Origin: Aplysia californica
Taxonomy: Eukaryota
Direction: 5' to 3'
DNA: 64,000 nt
Assembly: GCF_000002075.1 (NCBI RefSeq)
Contig: NW_004798181.1
Span: 184,133-248,132, forward strand
Position numbers and translations under genes: made by a program. Under the pieces are notes generated by a model that saw only the letters and a program-made list of their open reading frames with translations, made no database searches and was not told the origin of the DNA. Every line of letters starts with the position of its first letter. The first letter of the stretch is position 1. Positions 12,190-23,731 of this stretch are shown piece by piece.

Positions 12190-13510
12190 ACAATCTCTCT
12201 TCTCACTGGCTGCCAAATTTGGGGACGTTCGGGTAATGTTTACATCGTTTTGAAAATATCCAAATAGGGAAAGTCAGAAAATTACTGTGCCGACCGGCAA
12301 TGTTTCCAGACCTGCCACCCACCAATCTTCTTTTTTCTGGAAAAAAAATGAATGTCTTGGAAGATACTGCAAAAAAAATGTTTCTTCAGTGAATGACTCA
12401 ATTTCTCCAGCAAGTAATAATGTGCCATACATGGGGCTGAGACAAACAACTGCTTTAAATGACCATGCTCAATGAGTCCATGGCACTGCCTGTGTGGAGG
12501 GTTAGGGTTGACTAAACACCCTGACCGTAGCCTTACCCAAATCTGGCAAATAGGAATAAAATGTTCCAAGGCGCTCATTTGACCTTATGCAGTTGCGAGC
12601 ACCGTAAAACACTTACGAAAAAAACAACCTGTTTCAATCTAGAAGATTGCCGACCTGTTCACCCAGTTTCTCTGTCACCAGAGGTCAAAGTTATTTATCT
12701 GGAACAAAATCGATGCCACAGGGCAGGGGTCAATGTCAATAAGTAGGATGCACTGAAAGTACCACTTCCTTTATCTCTATATTTAGTAAGTTATTTGACC
12801 CAACCCAATTCAACCCTATCCCACCAAGCCAATGAGCATCCCATATCTTAATCTGTACATTTTTATTTCACTCCCGCACACAGATGCACTGCTTTAGGGG
12901 GTCAAAATTCAGTACTTTTTTTTTACTGTATATCATATGGCCACTAAAACTGTCGCAAATCAATTATTTTCGAGAAAACGCAAAATTACCTTCTAATTGC
13001 AAAACAAAAAATGAGGAAAACTGTAACCCTCCACCCTCCACATTTTTTTTGTCCTCTATTCATTAACGGAACCCTGCAATATGAAGAGCAATCTCTCTTC
13101 TCACTGGCTGTCAAATCTGGGCATTTGGGTGATATTTATATATGGTTTCATAACTCCAAATAAGGAGAGTCAGAAAATGACAGTGCTGACCAGCACATTC
13201 CAAACCTGCTACCCATCAATCTTCTTTTTTTCGGAAAGAAAATTGACTGTAATGGAAGATGCCGAAAAAACTTTTGTCTTCGGTGAATGACCCAATTTTT
13301 CTCATCTGTAACCAATGTGCGATACGTGGGGGTGACACAAACAACTGCTGTAAATTAGCATGCTCTCGTGGTTAGCCTCAGTTGCAATGAGTCAATCGCA
13401 CTGCCTGTGCGGAGGGTTAGGATTAACTAAACACCCTGGCCTTAGCCGTACCCAAATCTGAATAAAATGTCCCAAGGCTTTGATTTGACCTTATGCAGTT
13501 GCGAACACCC
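12190..13510. repeat. Diverged ~420-bp direct repeat pair (~12190-12605 and ~13088-13510)
   Basis: Both begin CAATCTCTCTTCTCACTGGCTG and end at a family-A retroposon tail. Confidence 0.7.
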
Positions 13511-13639
13511 CTCAATTTTCTCACATTTACGTTGATTTGTTGTGATTCTAATGGTCAAATCCGTTCACATCACATCACATCAAAAAAACATCAGAAAATT
13601 ATTCATTTCTGCCTCAGTGACTCTATGCTATGCTAGAGG

Positions 13640-13840
13640 GATTTACCTTGTCCGTACACTCTTGATCAAATCCACTCTGTGGGTGGAGGGCTCGGTTTAC
13701 CTTGTCCGTACACTCTTGATCAAATCCACTCTGTGGGTGGAGGGCTCGGTTTACCTTGTCCGTACACTCTTGATCAAATCCACTCTGAGGGTGGAGGGTT
13801 TGGTTTACCTTGTCCGTACACTCTTGATCAAATCCACTCT
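13640..13840. repeat. 54-bp tandem repeat (~4 copies) containing the pogo left TIR
   Basis: TTTACCTTGTCCGTACACTCTTGATCAAATCCACTCTGTGGGTGGAGGGCTCGG units. Confidence 0.9.
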
Positions 13841-14810
13841 AGGGAGGAGGGCTCGGTCAGAAGCTCACTAGAGGGAGCTGCATTTTTTTAGGGCAGGTCG
13901 ACGAATACGGCAGTGAAGCTCAATGATCGGTCTACATGGGCGAGGTCACACTACAAATGGTGTTCTTTACAAAAAAGTCACATGACAATCTTCCCTCTCC
14001 TAAAGTGTTTCACTTTTCTCACTCAACCGGACACTTTTCCCAGATTCTCACGGACCCGAACACGTCTACAGGGGACAGGACACCCACTACTTATGCCCTA
14101 AACACTCAGTACTTTTCAACTAATCTAGACCTACAGAGAATCAGACACCCACTGTATAACCCCCCCCCCCCCAGACCAGACACTTCTTCAGAGGATCGGA
14201 CATCCCCTACTCAAGCCAAAATTAAGCCCTTCAGACCATATACTTCTACATCGGACTGGACACTCCATTTTCAAACCTAATAAATCTATACTTTTCGGAA
14301 TTACAGAGAATCGGAAACCCACCATCTAAGCCCCTCCGGCCGTACACTTCCACATGTGACCGGACACTGTATTCTTCTTCTTCTTTGTTCTCTCCATTCA
14401 AACCCAATATACTTTTTTCAAACTACAGAGCACCGCCTTGAATCTACCCCCTATTTAGGCCCTTTAGACTATACTTTCTAACCCCTGTTTAAGCCCCCCA
14501 GACCATATTTTCTAACAGAGGACAAGGCACCACTTGCACACATACAAACACACAACACATGCCCANNNNNNNNNNNNNNNNNNNNNNNNNNNNNNNNNNN
14601 NNNNNNNNNNNNNNNNNNNNNNNNNNNNNNNNNNNNNNNNNNNNNNNNNNNNNNNNNNNNNNNNNAGACTATACTTTCTAACCCCTGTTTAAGCCCCCCA
14701 GACCATTTTTTATTTCTGGCGACAGATAAGCACTTGCACACATACAAACACACAACACATGCCCACCTTCATGCACTCATTCTCTAAACCCTGTGTAAGT
14801 ATGCCTGAAA

Positions 14811-16436
14811 CTACTGGTTAGGGCAACACTTGTCACACACAAAGGAAAAGTCCTCCAGCTCCTCTACGGTTAAATTGGATGCTGACTTTGTGCAGCTTGT
14901 GTGCCACCAAGAATCACAAACTTCACAGGCTACCAACAGATCAGCCTCATGTCTTTTTGCAGCGCACCCTTTACATTTGTCATTCGATTCACCATATTCA
15001 TCCTCGACACTTTCCTCTTCATCTGCTTCTCTCATGATCTGTTCCACTTCCCCCTTCACGTTTTCATCCTCGTCGCTGTCACTTCGCTTTCTTTTCTTCG
15101 GAGCCCCCCTTTCTAACTTCTTCAGCAAAGCCTGGTCTTTCTTCTCCTGCCATTCGCCCTGCATCTCTGCTGCCTTTTCCTGCCTCGCCACTTCAGTCAT
15201 CTCCCTCCCAAGTCTCCTTTCCCAATTTTCTCTACTCTGCCCAGCCTCCTCTTCTCTTGCTGTCTTCCTAGCCAACTTTTCTTTCTCTTGTTTCTCTCTG
15301 GCACTCTCCTTCAATCTGATGGCTTCCCTGCGCTCTGCCCCACTCAGCACATTCTGCATCCTGGGTGCTGCTTTTTTCATCTTCTTTTTTCCCTTGCCAG
15401 AAAAGTTGGGGAGCCTGAGGATGTCATTGGAGGTCAGGGGCGCTCTAGACTGGGTGGTAACTTCAGGAATCTCAAATGAAGATTTTAAATTGGCTGCAAG
15501 CCTTTTAAATTGCATGAACCCCTCGTGGTTCTCTGTGGTGTCTCTTGTGAGGGCTTGATGACACCTCAAGAACCCATTCCTCCCGAGGTCGTCCACAACA
15601 AAAAGGGTGAAGTTTCTCATCGCCTCCAACTGTTTGACGGTGTACGCACTTTCAGGCTCTCGGGCTGCGCTTTGTTGGGGAGTTGGGGCTGAGGTTTGGA
15701 GTCCACTGCACGTCGGTTCTGGGGGCGTTGGCCCCCGACTTTGAGGCCGGTTTGAAATATCTTGGACGGGTGAAACTGCCAGAGGATCAAATGGAGATGG
15801 TGGCATTGGCTCAAATGGAGATGATGGCATTGGCTCAAATGGAGATGATGGCATTGGCTCAAATGGAGATGATGGCATTGGCTCATCCTTGATTGCATCA
15901 GGAAGCTGAGAATGTGCCACAGGCGGGGCAAGGACTGGGGGCGGAGACGTTGAAGAAGCCACAGGCCCGGTGGAGAAAAAGTCTCGAAACACCTGGCTGG
16001 GCAGCATCTTCTTGGTGAGAAGGACTCTCTCCGGTGAGAATGGAAAGATGCCAGCAGCCCTGAAGCTGGACTCTGCATTGGCTTTGGTAGCACAGCTTTG
16101 CCAAACAGGCTGGAACACTTTGGCGAAGGAGTCCAGGCCAACGGCATTCCCTGTCTCTGCCATGTGGCGCCTACTGGCTGCGGACCACGCAGATTTAACT
16201 GAACCAAAAAATGCCTGGTCCAAAGGTTGCACGAGATGGGAGGCGTGCGGCAGGAGGCAATACAGGATGACCTTGTTTTCCTCACAAATTTTGGAAATCT
16301 CCACAAGAGCTTTGTGGCTGACGTGGCCATCAACAAGCAACAGCAGTGGCTTTTCTATCTGTTCAGTTGCTGGGATAAAGGAATCCCTCAGCCATGTGAA
16401 GAAAATGGCCGAGGTGATCCGTCCATTGTCGGATAC
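14811..16436 (-). CDS. pogo-like transposase exon 3 (DDD core, Pro-rich linker, charged coiled region, C-terminal PHD finger)
   Basis: ttttgcag|VSDNGRITS...LLLLVDGHVSH...HASHLVQPLDQAFFGSVK...CKGC-x-CEVCDSWWHTSC-x-CDKC*; 36 residues counted between 2nd and 3rd Asp; spliced product 791 aa with no stops. Confidence 0.93.
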   Translation of the reverse strand, partial: VSDNGRITSAIFFTWLRDSFIPATEQIEKPLLLLVDGHVSHKALVEISKICEENKVILYCLLPHASHLVQPLDQAFFGSVKSAWSAASRRHMAETGNAVGLDSFAKVFQPVWQSCATKANAESSFRAAGIFPFSPERVLLTKKMLPSQVFRDFFSTGPVASSTSPPPVLAPPVAHSQLPDAIKDEPMPSSPFEPMPSSPFEPMPSSPFEPMPPSPFDPLAVSPVQDISNRPQSRGPTPPEPTCSGLQTSAPTPQQSAAREPESAYTVKQLEAMRNFTLFVVDDLGRNGFLRCHQALTRDTTENHEGFMQFKRLAANLKSSFEIPEVTTQSRAPLTSNDILRLPNFSGKGKKKMKKAAPRMQNVLSGAERREAIRLKESAREKQEKEKLARKTAREEEAGQSRENWERRLGREMTEVARQEKAAEMQGEWQEKKDQALLKKLERGAPKKRKRSDSDEDENVKGEVEQIMREADEEESVEDEYGESNDKCKGCAAKRHEADLLVACEVCDSWWHTSCTKSASNLTVEELEDFSFVCDKCCPNQ

Positions 16437-16587
16437 CTGCAAAAAAGTATTTTAGCTGCGTATTATGCACCAGAACACCAACTTGTGAAAGAACATTTTT
16501 AATTTGGTAAATTTAATTTCTTTGTCAATAGTATGGAGGCTGTGGATAACTTATAGCATTTGTATACTTTTTAAGAATATTTTTTAA

Positions 16588-16821
16588 CCCTATCCGTACG
16601 CCCTGGGGTCATTTTGTACCCTTGGGACTGTATTTTTCACATTTTAGAATACATCTAGTACGAAGATCTCTTTGAAACTTTCAGTATTTCTCAAAAAATC
16701 ATTTTGACAGACTCCTATGCAAAGAGTACGGATTAAAGAGAAAATTTCCTCTGTGAAAGTGGTGGCACAGAGTTCCCCACATCGCATGGATACGATAGTA
16801 AAACTCGACATACAGATAGGG
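16588..16821. mobile_element. piggyBac-like MITE (234 bp) in intron 2 of the pogo transposase
   Basis: TTAA|CCCTATCCGTACG ... CATACAGATAGGG|TTAA; 11/13 TIR match, TTAA TSD, CCC termini. Confidence 0.8.
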
Positions 16822-17143
16822 TTAAAAAGTATAACACTTCACTTCATTATTTTAAAATGTAAAACAGGTCTCACTGGACAACTATAACCCTTCATTATCT
16901 TAAATTCTAGAAAAGCGTAGTGGGTGGTTGGCAGATGCTGTGGTGTGGTTTGCTCCTTCTTTCCTATCAATCAAACATCTATCGTCCTTTTCTCTCCTAC
17001 TTCTTTTTTAAGTTCGTTACTCTCTAGTAACGCTTCTAATCTCCGACACTTGCATGACCTACTTTGGGTGCTGTAACTCTTACTAAACTAAAAAACAAAA
17101 GTAACTAAAAAAGTGTCAGAGAACAACTGAACAATTTTCTGAC

Positions 17144-17326
17144 CTGCAGCAAAGATTCAGGGAAACTTTCCAGTAGATTTTTGCCAGGTATCCGTTTGTA
17201 CGGGTAGATCAGCAACGGCGGCAGATACAACCCCGCAGCGTTCACGCTGGCCAACACTGTGACCTGTGTCTTGCTGTTTGCAGACAACGCTGTGTACACC
17301 GTCTTGGCCCCTTTGAATGCAATCAC
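17144..17326 (-). CDS. pogo-like transposase exon 2 (DDE_1 domain start)
   Basis: ttag|VIAFKGAK...QVTVLASVNAAGLYLPPLLIYP...LLQ|gtcaga; 183 nt, phase 0. Confidence 0.92.
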
Positions 17327-17738
17327 CTAAGGGAATACAGCGTAAAAAATTCCCTTTAATAGTGCTAAAAGTCAAACTCTATCTTAAGAACATACACATT
17401 TTTATGTGGCGTGAAGAAGTTTTCTCTTACATGTGCATCAGTTTAACGTGAACTTAATTTATTATTGTGGTTCAATCAAAATAATAGTTTCCAGATATAT
17501 CATCTCTGATAAAACAGGGAATATATATATTATATATATATAATTTTTCATATTTACAAACAAGATCATGTTAAGTTCGCTAAATAGAGTGAGTTCATAG
17601 CTGAAACAGATCCTTTTGAGCTCAAAGTAGATGTAACCAGGCCGATTCAGCAGTTACAATGAAATAAGAATCAAAATATTACATCTATTGATCTACCTTT
17701 AGAGGACACAACATTTATAAGTCAGCGATGAAACATAC

Positions 17739-18305
17739 CTTTCTTGATTTGGGATCGAAACTGAATCCACTCTCATCTGCATTGAAAATGCGAGTTGGGT
17801 CGCACAAAAGGGTGGGGTCCAGGGCATCCACGTGGGTTTTCAAGTCGTGAAACCATCTCTCCACATTTGGGGGAGTCACGAGGGCTCGCTCCTTCGCCAG
17901 CGACATCGGCGTCCTGAGGGAGAGCTCTGAGTGGCGCTCCAAGAAACGATAAACCCATGCCGGGGAGGGGAGATTTGAGGGGTCTTTTGTGGTCCCCCCA
18001 CTTAGTTCCATGATGGCCTTTGCCATGACCCTAATGTCGTCAGTGGTCTGCCCAAAACCCAGCTTAGACATCTTCAGCAACCACTGTACCAATCGTTCTT
18101 CCTCGTGCTGGGTGAGCAAGCTGTGAGGCACATACTCTATCGGTGACTTGCCATGCACCTTGTCCGAAAGGGTAGACACTGCAATGCCAAAATGCTTGGC
18201 CGCCTTCCTCAGCCCCATGGCTTTTGAACGAACGGCCTCAATGGCCGTTTCAAGCACAGCGACATCATGCTTTGCCTTTTTCTTCCCCTTTGGTGTTGGA
18301 GCCAT
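17739..18305 (-). CDS. pogo-like transposase exon 1 (HTH_psq + CENP-B-type HTH + first catalytic Asp)
   Basis: MAPTPKGKKK...GLRKAAKHFGIAVSTLSDKVHG...WVYRFLERH...IFNADESGF...RK|gtatgt; 567 nt, phase 0. Confidence 0.92.
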
Positions 18306-20647
18306 TGTCTGGGGATATAGACGCACACTTTATTCAAACACCCCCAAACAATGATTTAATGACATTTTATATAGATTCTAGCTGCTGAGATTTCACATTG
18401 AATGACTGATTTTAACTTCTCTTTTAAATTATATAAACAATATATATATATATATATATATTTCATTGAGAGTATTGCACATTTCCCTTGTTAAATCATC
18501 ATCATCATCACCGCTACCACCATCACCATCAGCAGCAGCATTGGTGGCAGCGGCATCATCATAACAACCATGGCAATCTTCTATACTCTCAAAAATTACA
18601 AAACAATGTCTGTCAAAATCATACCACTGTTTCTGCCTCCATAAGAACCTAACAATAACTATAGAGTCTAACACTTTAAATATTGTATTCATATTGTATG
18701 TCTTTAAACACTTTAAACATTGTATTCTTCGCTCACTAATATTCAGCACCAAAATCAGGACACAGGGCAAAAAGAAAAAAAATTATTATAAAAGTTTATC
18801 ACACATTCTAGATTACAATAAAATGCAGGATTCGAGAATTCTACAGCCAAACCATTTATAGTTAACATCTGAGCTGAAGGTGTGCGGACCCAGGAGAAAC
18901 ATGAGACATCTTCTTCATCGGTCCGTTAAAAAGAGTAAGGAAATAAGCGCCATTATAGAGCGTTTCGTGCACTAATATTCAGATGCATAAATTCTACTGC
19001 ACAAAAAAACCCCCAATAAATCGGAAGGACAAGAGAGGGCAGGTACTCACCGATTTCTAGAATGAAATTGTTCCAAAGAGTTTTTTTAAAAAGACGCCAC
19101 GTTATTTTTCTTGCAGCGGAAGGAAGTAGAAACATCACTTGAGGTAATTTTAAAGGTTGAAATTGCCTCATTTCGTGCACGAAACGAAATTATAAAATGT
19201 GGGTCACCAAAAATGGGCGGAACGAAAACGAACGACTAAGTGTACGGACATCGTAAATCTACCCTATGTGAGATCGGTCCAATGCAGCAAAATTACCCAA
19301 TGAAACGACATCACAATGATGTAGGGTAGACTTAATATCGGCATTCTCCAGTTTTGGCCTCAAGTGTAGTACTGACTTAAATATTCGGTATCGATGTTTT
19401 ATCCGAACGAGAGCGAGAGACCCGCTGTTATTTTCCAGTACAAAATGAGCAGATATTTCACTTGTTTAAAACTAAAAAGGGGGGTTTTTAGCCTGACAGG
19501 CACAAAAACATATGGGGTGTCAGGGGGGCATTTATTGAACCACAATTTGAAGTTTTGCAGTTAGGTTTGATATCTCTCCATGGCATCAGAATGCGCATAG
19601 AAAAGTAATCCTTTAGAACCAGAAGTAATCGTCGGTGGAGCCAAAACCCACACTCCATATATAGTTATCGGTATCGTTGGGGTCAAAACCAAAAACTGGA
19701 TTATCCCGACTAATCATTTTAACATAAAGGCCAGCTTTATAATTCGGACCAGTCCGATTCGATTTTTTTATCTATTTAGACTCGAGTCCGAAAATGGGTT
19801 TTACTTATTGGGACTCGGCTTCTACGTGAGTGTAAGGGGCTTACATAATATAACTGTCGTCTGGGGGATTTTACGTACAACCAGAATTAGAACTAGAATT
19901 ACTTACGAGGACTGTGTAACTGCACTGTCATTGCCTAATAGCAGTGTCTAGGTACACGGTAACCGACAACTCAGGGTCTTTCCACCACCACTACAGCGTC
20001 ATCATTACTTCCACCACCATTTGTCTTTCCACATGTCTATTTCATTTTGTGTGTTATAGGCCTTGATCTTCTGTAATTCATTTTTTTCCTTTTAATCACA
20101 TGATCAAGATTCTAGGCCTAGATTCTATTCTAACGTGTACTGTAAACTCTCTTCTCTCTTCAGCTCAGTACTTTTGTTCTCTTCTCTTACTTGAGCCTAG
20201 ACTTGACTGTAGCCTAGACCTATATATCTAGATCTGGAATCTACATCTAGATCTAGAAGAAAAAAGAATCGAAAAGGTTTTCCACCTGTCCTGTATCATG
20301 GTCTCCAAAATCCGTATATTAGATCTAGATCTACGTTACGACTGAATAATTAGCAAGCATAGAATGATAAAACCCTTTCTTTTTAAAAAAATTATATATT
20401 CCACTCACACCATAATCTACTTTAGTTTAGTTAGATCTAGAATCTAGAATCTAGATCTAGATTAGATATGTGTAGTCTAGTACTAGATCTAGTATAGTAA
20501 CCCATCATCATCATGGCCACTAGTAGACTAGATCCCCATAGTCAATAGATCTAATGGACCTGTACGTTTGTTCTCAGTGTCACTGGGAATAGTTTCTGGG
20601 CCGGTAATTGTTTACTTACTTGCATTTAATTCTGGGGAGGACTTCCG

Positions 20648-21218
20648 GGCACTTCTTTGATATGGTGGTCCCGACTTTGGTGACAGGGAAATCCACAGAA
20701 AATCTAGAATCTAGTTTTGACCCCAACGACGATTACTTCTGGTTCTAAGGCTAAACGATTACTTTTTAATGCGTGTGCTGATATGAAGAGATAGCCTTTC
20801 AAACCTAATTGCAAAACATCAAATCGCGGTCAAATTCAGGGGGGGGCATGCCCCCCTGAAACACCCCATGTTTTTTTTTAAAGAGAGTGTATACAGACCA
20901 GGTAACCGGGAACAAAGTCACAAAGTATACAGACCCGGTAAGGGAACTCTTTTGTGATTTCGGAAAGTTTCAGTGCCCTCTTGGCTCAGGGTAGACCTAG
21001 GTTCTTCTAGATCTATGGCCCAGGTCCAGATCTAGACAGACACAAATCATTGATCTACTTTCGAGGCTAGACTAGATCTAGATTCTAGATCTAAATGAAG
21101 ATTGCGGACGTCTTTTCGATGAACGATCGTTTTTCCTCTGTTTTGGAGTTGGAGGAATCACAATTTGAAGAAAAGAACAATGTCTCTCTCTCTCTCTCTC
21201 GTCTCGTCTTTCTCTTTC

Positions 21219-21251
<33 letters not shown>

Positions 21252-21469
21252 TACCGGGTCTGGGTGCTGAAACTTTCCGAAATCACAAAAGAGTTCCCAT
21301 ACCGGGTCTGTATACTTCGTGACTTTGTTCCCGGTTACCGGGCCTGTATACACTTCGTTTTTTTTAAGTCAGGGGGGCAACATAAAACATTGATACGGAC
21401 AATTTAAATCAGTATCGATATTTCAGTAGGCCTGCACAAAAGTCGGGACCACCATATCCAAGTTGTGCC
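20648..21469. mobile_element. Merlin-like non-autonomous DNA transposon (822 bp)
   Basis: TIRs GGCACTTCTTTGATATGGTGGTCCCGACTTT / (rc) GGCACAACTTGGATATGGTGGTCCCGACTTT; perfect 8-bp TSD GACTTCCG (20640-20647, 21470-21477). Superfamily inferred from GG-start TIR and 8-bp TSD. Confidence 0.7.
20880..21360. mobile_element. Nested MITE with ~95-bp terminal inverted repeats, probably P-element related
   Basis: 20885-20978 is the reverse complement of 21262-21354; the same terminus recurs at 24337 joined to P transposase sequence. Confidence 0.7.
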
Positions 21470-21985
21470 GACTTCCGTAACGAGCGACCACTCTGAACTC
21501 TATCATGAAATATTACATTCAATGGCCATAAAAACCAGTACGGACAGAAGGCCTATTTAAGCCAGTATGTTAAGTAGATTTCTACCTCTACAAATTATGA
21601 AATTGCTGTGGTTTAAGTATTCTTAACTCCAGCGCAAAGTTTTGAATCAGTGGGAGATGCATGGCATAGAGTTTCCTCTAGATATCTAGATATAGATCTA
21701 AGTCTAAGAGCAGCCAGAATTAAAAGCGAGAAAGTAAACAATTGCCTCTTGGTCTAGAAAGTGGCTATCCTCACCCGGGGTGAGAATAAAAAATACGATC
21801 GACCTTTCACCCAGGGTGAGACTTGCCACCGTTGGCTATTCTCACCCGGTGTGAAACAAGACCTGTTTTTCCTAATTTCGGAATACTTTCTATCGGTGTG
21901 GATGATCAAATGGAAAGAAAAAATTACGTTATGGCACAAAAGTAAGCTAATTTGATCGTCTACAAAGATGCTATATGGCTATTTC

Positions 21986-23731
21986 CAGAGCTGGTTGTAA
22001 CGGAGTACAAGTACTCCGGTACTTGTACTTGCGTTACAATTTTCGGTACTTTTACTGTACTCCGGTACATTTTTGAAAACAGTACTTTTACTGTACTCCG
22101 ATACTTTTTATAAAAGTACTTTTGAGTATTTTTCAAGTACATTTTGAGTACTTTTGAAGCTTAACAAAAGGGTAAGTGCCAGCATTTCTGATACTAATTT
22201 ACGGAACAAACACCCGGGCGGGCACAGCCGATCAACCAAGAGTTAAAAGTTGAGATCAAAGAACGGCCCGTCCCGTCAAAGATCAGCCACTATCGTGAAT
22301 GTGATCACAAGCGTTGTAAAACTCCATGAAACGGTACAGTGTTTGCTCCAGACGGGATCACACCAAGGTGTGAACTGACCGATGCGCTTCTCTTCCCCAA
22401 ACATCGCACTCGCATCTGAGCTCACCACCTAAACTTACATCATTCACTGGGTGGGTAGGGCCTACAAGTTCGCTCCAGGCGGGATCACATCAAACTGTGA
22501 ACTCTTCCCTGACCATTGAAAGCAGTTTTTCTCTATTCCCGAATTTGCGAGACAGCCTGAATTTTAATTGGTGTGGTCACAACGTGATGGTGCGTAACGA
22601 CAAAGTAAAGGCGGTTTGGGGGGGGGGGGGGGGGGGACTCGATCAGAGATGGAAAGCTAAAATTGAGCAACTGGATAAACGTAGATAAAGATCTCAAGAC
22701 ACGCCATAGGCTAATGAGTGTGTATATATTTATTTATGGCATGCCTCATGCCACTGTGATTGGTCATCAAGGTTGACCACTCGTTTGCTCGTCATATGTC
22801 ATAAATCCACCCAGGGGTCACGTCAGTTCATGGGTCACTGTAGATTCTTCCTTGGTTTCGTCGGCTGAGATCTCATAATAATTATTTTTCTTTCTTCCGA
22901 GCACTGGGATCTTAGGCGGAGACTACTGTAGTAGAGAATCTTTGGTTACACTACACTTACTAGACTCTAGGAAACTACATGTATTTTGGTTTTCCGTGGG
23001 CGCCGTCGACTACACAGGGTGACCAAAATCTGTATTACCAATTATCAATTGAAACAGAAACGGTGTTCTCAATGTATATCTAACAAATTTTTAGGCTGCC
23101 TAAATTTCGTTTAAACTTTTATTTTTTTGGTTTTTGCTTAAGCTGCAATGATTCCTTGAGGATTTGTTCATGAAGAATTCAATGCACTTTTCCATTTCTA
23201 TGCTGGCCATTTTCATTAATTTTATGTTTTCTTAAGAGCAACTTTGTATCTACATTTTCCAATTTGGATAAATACAATGTACTTTTTCTGTAGAGCTTTC
23301 CGAGCTCTTGGACTGACTTACATTTGATCACATTGTCTTGCTCAAACAAGTTCTATTCATAATGTCACTTACCCACTAGTTGCGTCTGTTTGTTTGGGGT
23401 CTTCTTTTCAATTTCACGGACCATTTCCACCTTCGTTCAGTGCGTACTTTGTTTCAAATGCTTTGTATACTGTTTACATTTTTAGTAATAAATGGCCTAA
23501 TTTGTCAAATATACTGGATATGTTATTTAATATGATGTTTTGCTTAAGCGCTGAAGTGTTTTAGCATATAAGCAGAAAGTACTCAAAATGTACTCATAAG
23601 TACTTTTTTAAAAAGTACTTGTACTCAAGTACATTTTACAGGAAAGTACTTTTACTGTACTTAAGTACATTTTTTAGATTGTACTTAAATTTGTACTTAA
23701 GTACTTTTTAAAAAGTACTTTAACAGCTCTG
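21986..23731. mobile_element. Tol2-like non-autonomous hAT element (1746 bp)
   Basis: Termini CAGAGCTG...CAGCTCTG, perfect 8-bp TSD GCTATTTC (21978-21985, 23732-23739), dense AGTAC/GTACT subterminal repeats at both ends as in Tol2. Confidence 0.85.

Larger units (their letters stand above)
13636..19264 (-). mobile_element. pogo-family (Tc1/mariner/pogo group) DNA transposon with imperfect TIRs and TA flanks
   Basis: Left TA|GAGGGATTTACCTTGTCCGTACACT versus right (rc) TA|GGGTAGATTTACGATGTCCGTACACT; encloses the spliced transposase. Confidence 0.7.

Noticed and set aside
14465-14765. Direct repeats on both sides of gaps (also 35098/36580, 51290/52235, 60141/61201)
   Set aside because: Typical unmerged contig overlaps in a draft scaffold, not treated as biological duplications
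14830-16502. Plus-strand ORFs 14830-15558 and 15970-16455, and minus ORF 26675-27106
   Set aside because: Antisense shadows of the transposase frames with no recognisable motifs
23010-23460. Possible decayed Tigger/mariner fragment inside the hAT element
   Set aside because: Only faint similarity by eye and multiple stops; needs a profile search
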